A stretch of DNA of 64,000 bases from Thecamonas trahens ATCC 50062 (lineage: Eukaryota; Protista; Apusomonadida), in the NCBI RefSeq assembly GCF_000142905.1, contig NW_013657655.1:372285-436284 (forward strand), read 5' to 3'. Numbering within the stretch: the first letter of the stretch is position 1; the number at the start of each line of letters is the position of its first letter. Positions 61,941-64,000 of the stretch are shown in pieces. The translations under genes and the position numbers were made by a program. The notes beneath the pieces were generated by a model. That model was not told where the DNA came from. It saw only the letters and a program-made list of their open reading frames with translations, and did not search any database.

Positions 61941-64000
61941 CCCTTCTCGTGGAGGCCAACGATGAGCTGCAGGATCGAATTGTGATCAAGGAAATTGCGC
62001 ACGGCGTGCTGCGATGGCGGCACGTTCTGCTCGGCCATGTAGGCAAACAGATCGGCGAGCGTCTCCTTGTCCTCTCGGTTCCAGTCCGCACGGGCGACCG
62101 AGCCAGGAGTGTCGGGCTGGCGGCGGCCTCGCGTTGAGCGCGACGAGGTTAACGGGGTTGACGGTGTGGCGACGGCGTCAAAGTTGAGACCCACCGAGGC
62201 GTCCGCGTCCGAGTCGGCAGTCGGGCGAGCCACCGACGAAAGCAGGCGGAAGAAGACACCGTCGCGGGAAGCCAGCACCGTCTCGCGGACATGCTGGTAG
62301 ACGGCAAGCCGGGCAGTGGTGAGACCGCGAAGCTCCCGGGAGTAGAAGACCTCCGAGGTCTCGCGGGAGTGACCCATGCCAAGGTTGAGGATGGCATCAA
62401 GGGCAGTGTCGCACGGCGAGTCGACAAGAACTTGATCAATGTGCTTGCGGATGAAACGAGAGGTGGCAAGCGCTGCAAAGTCCTCAACGACATCAGGGTA
62501 AGCATCGAGAGAGCCATCGTAGGCGATGACAGCGGCCTCCAGCGCGTTGTGGACAAGTCCAGCAGCTCGTGCAGCGCGGTCAATGTCGCCCGAGAGGCGC
62601 TGCGAGGGGTTGCGCCAGTGCGGCAGTGCCAGCGGTGAGTCGAGAATGCCATCAATGTTGAGCTGGCGGACTCGGGCGTTCATGCGCAGAAGCATCTCGA
62701 CCACGAGACGCGACAGCGGCAGCGGCTCGGTGACGATGTTCTCGTTCCGCTTGTTCTTGGTCGCCACGTTGATGTAGACAATATCATTGAGGGCGGCGAC
62801 AATGCGGTCCTGACCATCAAATGCAGCAAGCGCAGCGCTCGGGTAAGCCGGCTTGGGCGAGGCGTCCAAGGTGGTGTCGTCACGTGGGGTGAGCGGGGCA
62901 CGGAGAGCCTCGGCGGTCATGGAGGTGATGGACGAGAGACGCGGCGGACGGCCGCAGACCAGCATGTTGAAGCGGGCGACGAGAACAAGCAGCGGACCGT
63001 ACTCCTTGTAGGTCTCGATGGTGAAGTCGAAGGATGAGTGCAAGACACCCGAGTGGATGAAGGCGATGAGCAACTTGGCGCCGATGAAAGCGTACATGCG
63101 CGGCGTGAACTTGGCGTGCTGGACACGACGGGCGTGGTCAATGAGGTACGACTCGGCGCGGAGGGCCTTGAACTTCTGGAAGGTGGCCATGAGCGCCGAG
63201 AGAGCGTCCCAGATTGACTTCCGGGTCGCCACAACCATGGTGACACGCTGATCAAACGTCGGGGTAAGGACCGAGTTCGCCACGTAGCCAAGCGAGGTGT
63301 CGATGAGATCACGGAGCGCAATGGCAGCATCGTACATGGTCGAGGCAGAAGGCAACGAGTCTTTGTCGGCCATGAGCAGGTAGTTGAAGAACAGATGGAA
63401 GCGGCCGGAGTTGTTCAACGCCCACGACGAGACTCTCCGGGCAAGCTCGTCGCCCGAGAGTGGCTTGACCGGCTGGTGCGGATAGAACCCGACGACCAGC
63501 CGCGGAATCCAGTTGAGGCGAGTGGAGACGCCGTGGTTGGGGCGGTGAGGGCGATGACCTCGTTCCACGAGTCAATAACAGCAACGCTGTAGACCTTGTA
63601 CTGTGCATTGGACAGCGTAAGTCGAGCAGGGTACGACCACTGGGTGCCAGCAGGAACAGCAACCGAGGCGCGAAGTGCATCAACAAAGTCGTCCTCGTAG
63701 AGCGGAACGACGGGCAGTCCAAGAGGGATGTCGACATGTTCGAACGGATCCGGACGAACGATGGCGAGCTCGGTGAGCGGGATGCGCGGACGAAAGTCGT
63801 TCAGCCCGGAAGGGACGATCGACCGTGAGTCACGAGCTGCCAAGGTGACAGAATGAAACAACGTCCGTTGGACCGAGGTAGGTCGGTCGCAGTCAACGGG
63901 CGATGACGCCCGGCGAGTCTGACCAACGGTCGGCTGGCGGTTGAGCTCGTTGGTGGCCGCGGCAGCAGCGGGCGGAGCGAAGACGTCAAAGTCAAGCCCG
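61941..64000 (-). mobile_element. Tyrosine recombinase-like ORF (Crypton-like/YR element); starts beyond the right edge, frameshift at about 63540, 3' end in the gap
   Basis: Catalytic motifs in the canonical order: GRPPRLSSITSMT (R), TKNKR (K), SRFIRKH (xxxR), LGMGHSRETSEVFY (H...Y). A Myb/SANT-like WNREDKETL...P segment follows. Confidence 0.72.

Overview
GC-rich, gene-dense, intron-poor eukaryotic genomic DNA with TTAGGG repeats and three assembly gaps (6367-6789, 13738-13837, 61333-61940). The style suggests a protist such as the apusomonad Thecamonas trahens, but that is inference. Bases 1-52.5 kb hold about 23 tightly packed genes. Recognisable ones are NOC3, UTP14, a SAM-PH-PH-EEP protein, a PMCA-like pump, a ZNF706/At2g23090-like zinc finger, PABPN1, a LIM/coiled-coil protein, NXF1, an AREL1-like filamin-HECT protein, Mpv17, KIF6, PDCD2, a BRPF/NTO1-like protein, RPS23, FIS1, a solute-binding-domain receptor kinase, a PAN-like protein and an SLC26 transporter. 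Several of these have lost canonical catalytic or ligand-binding residues. From about 52.85 kb the character changes. There is an intronless dynamin-like GTPase ORF, about 5 kb of gene-poor DNA with a hairpin and repeats, and a telomere-repeat/GAGCTAATGCC motif array. After a gap comes a large tyrosine-recombinase ORF. This right-hand block is the best candidate for an undescribed system: a large tyrosine-recombinase mobile element with cargo, or a subtelomeric element. All protein identifications are by eye from motifs; no database search was run.
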